From Fibrobacteria bacterium (GTDB lineage: Bacteria; Fibrobacterota; Fibrobacteria; UBA11236): a DNA stretch of 64,000 nucleotides. The notes beneath the pieces were generated by a model. That model saw only the letters and a program-made list of their open reading frames with translations. It had not been told where the DNA came from and made no database searches. This document shows, in pieces, positions 60,705-64,000 of this stretch. How positions within the stretch are numbered: the first letter of the stretch is position 1; the number at the start of each line of letters is the position of its first letter. A program made the translations under genes and the position numbers. Location: positions 32,001-96,000 of the forward strand of contig JAYTSD010000008.1 of the NCBI GenBank assembly GCA_043745805.1. Direction: 5' to 3'.

Positions 60705-62198
60705 CTATAGTCCATTCACAGCCAGCCACTCATTTAAAACAGCCAATGTTGCTGGTGTTAATTGCCCTGAAGGAGGCATTGGAATTGTTGAAGAGTTAAT
60801 TCGACTTTTAAAATTTACAACGTCCGCCCTTACAATTGTTTCATCAGCCCAACTTTTTTGCGGGGCACCAGAAGGAATATTTCCCACGTGGCAACTATTA
60901 CAGCTTACTGAAGTAATTGCTGCCACATCCGCAAAATTAGCCTTCACGATCACACTAAAAGCATTTGTCTTGGTGCCATCAGAACTCGTAGCTGTTACTG
61001 TGGCACTTCCTCTAGACTGGCCATAATACAGCGTCCCGCTAATAAGCACGGATGCATTGCTGCTAGCGAGCGAATAGCTCGTATTTGTTGGGCTCGAAGG
61101 ATTCCAAACAACTGAAGTGTTGTGCCAACCATCGGCATGAACAATCGAAGTCGCTCCGGATACCGTCAAACCAATAACCGGCGTAGTCACCGTAACATTA
61201 AAGCTACTCGCTGCCGTACCCGTACTATTATCAGTTGCCGTGATGGAAACGGAAGTATTCACCACATCGCAAATTCCGGTTATAGTTTTAGCTGCATTGT
61301 CCACAATCACACAATTCGATGAACTTACCATACTAAAAGTTTGATCTGTGCTGGCAGATGGCAAAATAGTAGGCGCAATTACCAGACTCGAGCCGCCTTT
61401 AAATAAACTTTTTGCAGCTACCGTAATACTCGTGGGATGAATAGGCTGCACCGTGGCATTAAAAGTTCCGGTGACCGACCCACTTACTGAAGTGATAGTA
61501 ATTAAAGTGGTTCCCACGCTGACGCCGAAAAGATTATGTCCCGAAACGGTTACCCCTGCCCCACCACTCGCAAGCGTATAAGCGATATTGGTGGCATCAC
61601 TGGGCGCTACGGTTACCGCGGGTGTTACAGTTTGCCCAACAGCCAAAGAAATGGGTGACGCCGAAACCGACGTGACCGGAACGAAGGCCGCTTGCACGGT
61701 AACTTGAAAAGTACTTTGTGCACTTCCATCATGGGAACTTATGGTGATTTGCGCATTGCCCAGATTAATGGCCTTTAAAGTGTCGCCAGCAATAGCAACC
61801 ACAGATAAATTGGAACTAATGAGCGAATAGGTTTTATCGCTGGCTGTGACAGGAAGAACTCCAATGGCAGGAAGTGTATCTTGCCCTTTAATCAAAACCA
61901 TATCTAAAGCCGAAAGTGACGCCACAGGAACAGTAACCGTAATCACATGCGCCGAAAAAGTAGTTACCCATCCCCTATCATTAGTGGTAAGGGTTATAGT
62001 CGCCGTGCCTTGTTTTACACCGATTAAGGAATCGCCCTTTATGGACACTATAGAAGAATCGGAACTCGTTAAGTTATAACTTTTATCAGTAGCATTAGTA
62101 GGTGTAAAGGAAATGCTGGGCAAGGCGACTTGCCCGAGATTAAGATTTATGGATGCAGCAGAGACACTAGTTAGGGGGTAAAAAAAAAATCTATCCAC
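60705..62198 (-). CDS. C-terminal part of Ig-repeat / c-type heme protein (five Big_2-like repeats plus one CxxCH module), out of frame with upstream part
   Basis: Repeats with P..A(T/S)(D/N)K motif; CNSCH...IPMPP; no RBS or signal peptide; starts at the T10 run. Confidence 0.8.
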   Translation of the reverse strand: MDRFFFYPLTSVSAASINLNLGQVALPSISFTPTNATDKSYNLTSSDSSIVSIKGDSLIGVKQGTATITLTTNDRGWVTTFSAHVITVTVPVASLSALDMVLIKGQDTLPAIGVLPVTASDKTYSLISSNLSVVAIAGDTLKAINLGNAQITISSHDGSAQSTFQVTVQAAFVPVTSVSASPISLAVGQTVTPAVTVAPSDATNIAYTLASGGAGVTVSGHNLFGVSVGTTLITITSVSGSVTGTFNATVQPIHPTSITVAAKSLFKGGSSLVIAPTILPSASTDQTFSMVSSSNCVIVDNAAKTITGICDVVNTSVSITATDNSTGTAASSFNVTVTTPVIGLTVSGATSIVHADGWHNTSVVWNPSSPTNTSYSLASSNASVLISGTLYYGQSRGSATVTATSSDGTKTNAFSVIVKANFADVAAITSVSCNSCHVGNIPSGAPQKSWADETIVRADVVNFKSRINSSTIPMPPSGQLTPATLAVLNEWLAVNGL

Positions 62199-64000
62199 TG
62201 GACTATTTGATTGATATCTTTTTGGTCCAGCCGCTTCTGCGGTTGAGGTGGCATGATACCAGGAGTTCCAGAAGCTTTTGAAATTCGGTTCTTAATAATA
62301 TCTGCTCGAGACTTATCCAATAGACTAGTTGAATCTGTGGCATTAAAACCATTATTTGAATTACTATGACAAGCCGCACAATGCGCTTCCATTAAAGGAA
62401 GTATGGTTTCTTTAAAGGATATAGGCTTTACTTTTACCGTAAAATTTTTACTAACTAATCCATGAGCGACAGTAACCGTTGCATTACCGGCTTTTTTTCC
62501 CACTAGTCTTCCGCCAATTAAGGTCACGAGAGCGGTATCGGCTGTGCTTAGTGTGTAGGTTCTTTCGGAAGTGCTATCGGGGATCCAAATAATATAGGGA
62601 TGTAAAGTATCATCCACAGTAATGCTCGTATCCGCTATATTCAATCCAGTAAAAGCTATGGATTTCGGATTTAAAAAATTCTGCAAAATAAGCGAATCAT
62701 GTTTGTTTAATTTTGCATTAATCGGCATAAATTTGGGATCAGTATCGACTAAACCTAAGCGCTGCAAAATAATGGATTTATTATTCATTAGAGTAGCCGA
62801 ATCGGTATAATCCTTTGAAGTAGATGGACCATGGCAGCGCCCGCAATTGTATTGAACTATCGGCGATATTTGGCTATTGAATGTCGGCAAAACAATATTA
62901 AAAATAAAATTACTTTTTACGCCTCCATCTTTACTCGTCGCTTCAATTACCGTTTTACCCAATTTCTTAGCAAACAAATGATCATTCTCTCCCACTACTG
63001 TTACTTTTTGTGCATCAGCGGCATTCAAAAAGCTTAAGATGAAGTTTTGATTGCTGGCATCAATTGGAGTCCAACGGAAGGTGGGCTTTATAGTATCCCC
63101 TAATACAGCAAATGTATCTGGCGCAAAAAAGGAATTCACTTTGATGGAACGCCCGCTAATCCACTTTACCACAATGGCTATTTCGGCATCGGTAATATCC
63201 CCATTAATTGCTTGGTCGGATTGTACGGGCATGCGGCCATTATTTGCTACTCCACGTGGGCGAGTAATTCTATCCGTGATATTTATTCCATATTGCAAAA
63301 CCGCCAAGGAATCTTGCCAGTTTAAAAGCGAGGAGGGAGTATGACAAGGAAAACATTTTAAAGTGGTAATGGGTAAAACATTTTTTTTGAAATTCACTAA
63401 AATAGTCACTTTAAAAGTTGTATGAATACTGCTATCCATTGCACTAGTTACCTGAATAGTATCTACACCAAACCCTTTGGCCACTATCGTATCATTAGCA
63501 ATAGACACCAAGGAAGAAGTATTTAAATTTTTAAAAATCATCTTACGATTCGAGGCGTCGTTGGGTATTAAAGCAAGATTAGCTTTTAAAGTGTCTCCCA
63601 AATAAATACTGGTATCACGAACCGCGATTTTGGTTAATGTTACCAAATTATCATCTTTCGCGAAAACTTGGAAAAAACTATTGGCATTTCCATCCGCACT
63701 AATGATTTGCACCGAGTCTTGACCCGCACCCAAAGCTGTTATTTGATTACCCGTAACTTGCAAGATACCATTGATTTTGACTTTTAAGGTAAAGAGTTTA
63801 TTGGAGGCTGTGTCTGGTAAAATTTTTACGGTTGGCGATTTTAATTCGCCCACATTTAAACGCAGCGTGTCCGCGGAAATATTTTTTACTAAAACTTTTA
63901 AATCTTTGCCCACCGAATCGATTGCCTTATAACCGGAATACTCAAATTGTTTATCATAAACGATGCCACCATTTTTTAAGCCAATGACTTTGACCGAAAA
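62171..64000 (-). CDS. N-terminal part (truncated at window edge) of Ig-repeat / c-type heme protein: four Big_2-like repeats and three CxxCH modules visible
   Basis: Frame open to 64000; CFPCH, CGRCH and CAACH, each followed by an MP motif. Confidence 0.85.
   Translation of the reverse strand, partial: FSVKVIGLKNGGIVYDKQFEYSGYKAIDSVGKDLKVLVKNISADTLRLNVGELKSPTVKILPDTASNKLFTLKVKINGILQVTGNQITALGAGQDSVQIISADGNANSFFQVFAKDDNLVTLTKIAVRDTSIYLGDTLKANLALIPNDASNRKMIFKNLNTSSLVSIANDTIVAKGFGVDTIQVTSAMDSSIHTTFKVTILVNFKKNVLPITTLKCFPCHTPSSLLNWQDSLAVLQYGINITDRITRPRGVANNGRMPVQSDQAINGDITDAEIAIVVKWISGRSIKVNSFFAPDTFAVLGDTIKPTFRWTPIDASNQNFILSFLNAADAQKVTVVGENDHLFAKKLGKTVIEATSKDGGVKSNFIFNIVLPTFNSQISPIVQYNCGRCHGPSTSKDYTDSATLMNNKSIILQRLGLVDTDPKFMPINAKLNKHDSLILQNFLNPKSIAFTGLNIADTSITVDDTLHPYIIWIPDSTSERTYTLSTADTALVTLIGGRLVGKKAGNATVTVAHGLVSKNFTVKVKPISFKETILPLMEAHCAACHSNSNNGFNATDSTSLLDKSRADIIKNRISKASGTPGIMPPQPQKRLDQKDINQIVQWIDFFFTP
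62174..62189 (-). repeat. Homopolymer T10-A-C5 at the frameshift junction
   Basis: Plus strand GGGGG-T-AAAAAAAAAA. Confidence 0.9.

Noticed and set aside
60705-62198. Independent gene starting at GTG 62198
   Set aside because: No RBS or export signal despite a heme c motif; sequence continues the upstream repeat pattern
1192-63344. Many short ORFs antisense or out of frame within larger genes (e.g. 1192-1551, 15465-15833, 26845-27345, 60676-61026)
   Set aside because: Shadows of well-supported genes; no RBS or motifs recognised

Overview
AT-rich bacterial chromosome segment. Gene content (T9SS sortase PorU, futalosine-pathway mqnB/mqnD, flagellar genes, type IV pilins, many orphan outer-membrane barrels) suggests a motile FCB-group organism, plausibly Fibrobacterota (inference). 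From left to right: a chemotaxis operon (cheX-like, cheX, cheY, receiver protein, cheA, cheW, two MCPs, cheB, no cheR); a porin / small periplasmic-binding-protein / MCP operon; a lipoprotein plus TraF/PorV-like barrel pair; birA; a sigma54-preceded flgFGAHI operon; pfkB-mqnB-mqnD; a GAF-GGDEF cyclase; envelope genes; pilC with five pilins; porU, sppA and mltD; and a long signalling operon (serA, TPR protein, FleS/FleR-like pair, histidine kinase, HAMP-GGDEF, TPR-TonB/AgmX-like). The most striking element is at the right end: a large protein (5'-truncated by the window) alternating Ig-like repeats with four mono-heme c modules (CxxCH...MP), split by a frameshift at a T10 run exactly at a domain boundary. 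Other notable points: an MshEN-like c-di-GMP motif inside CheA, a probably inactive CheX paralog beside an intact one, and an enhancer-like array upstream of the sigma54 flg promoter. No rRNA, tRNA, CRISPR array or mobile element was recognised. All calls come from motif reading, not database searches.
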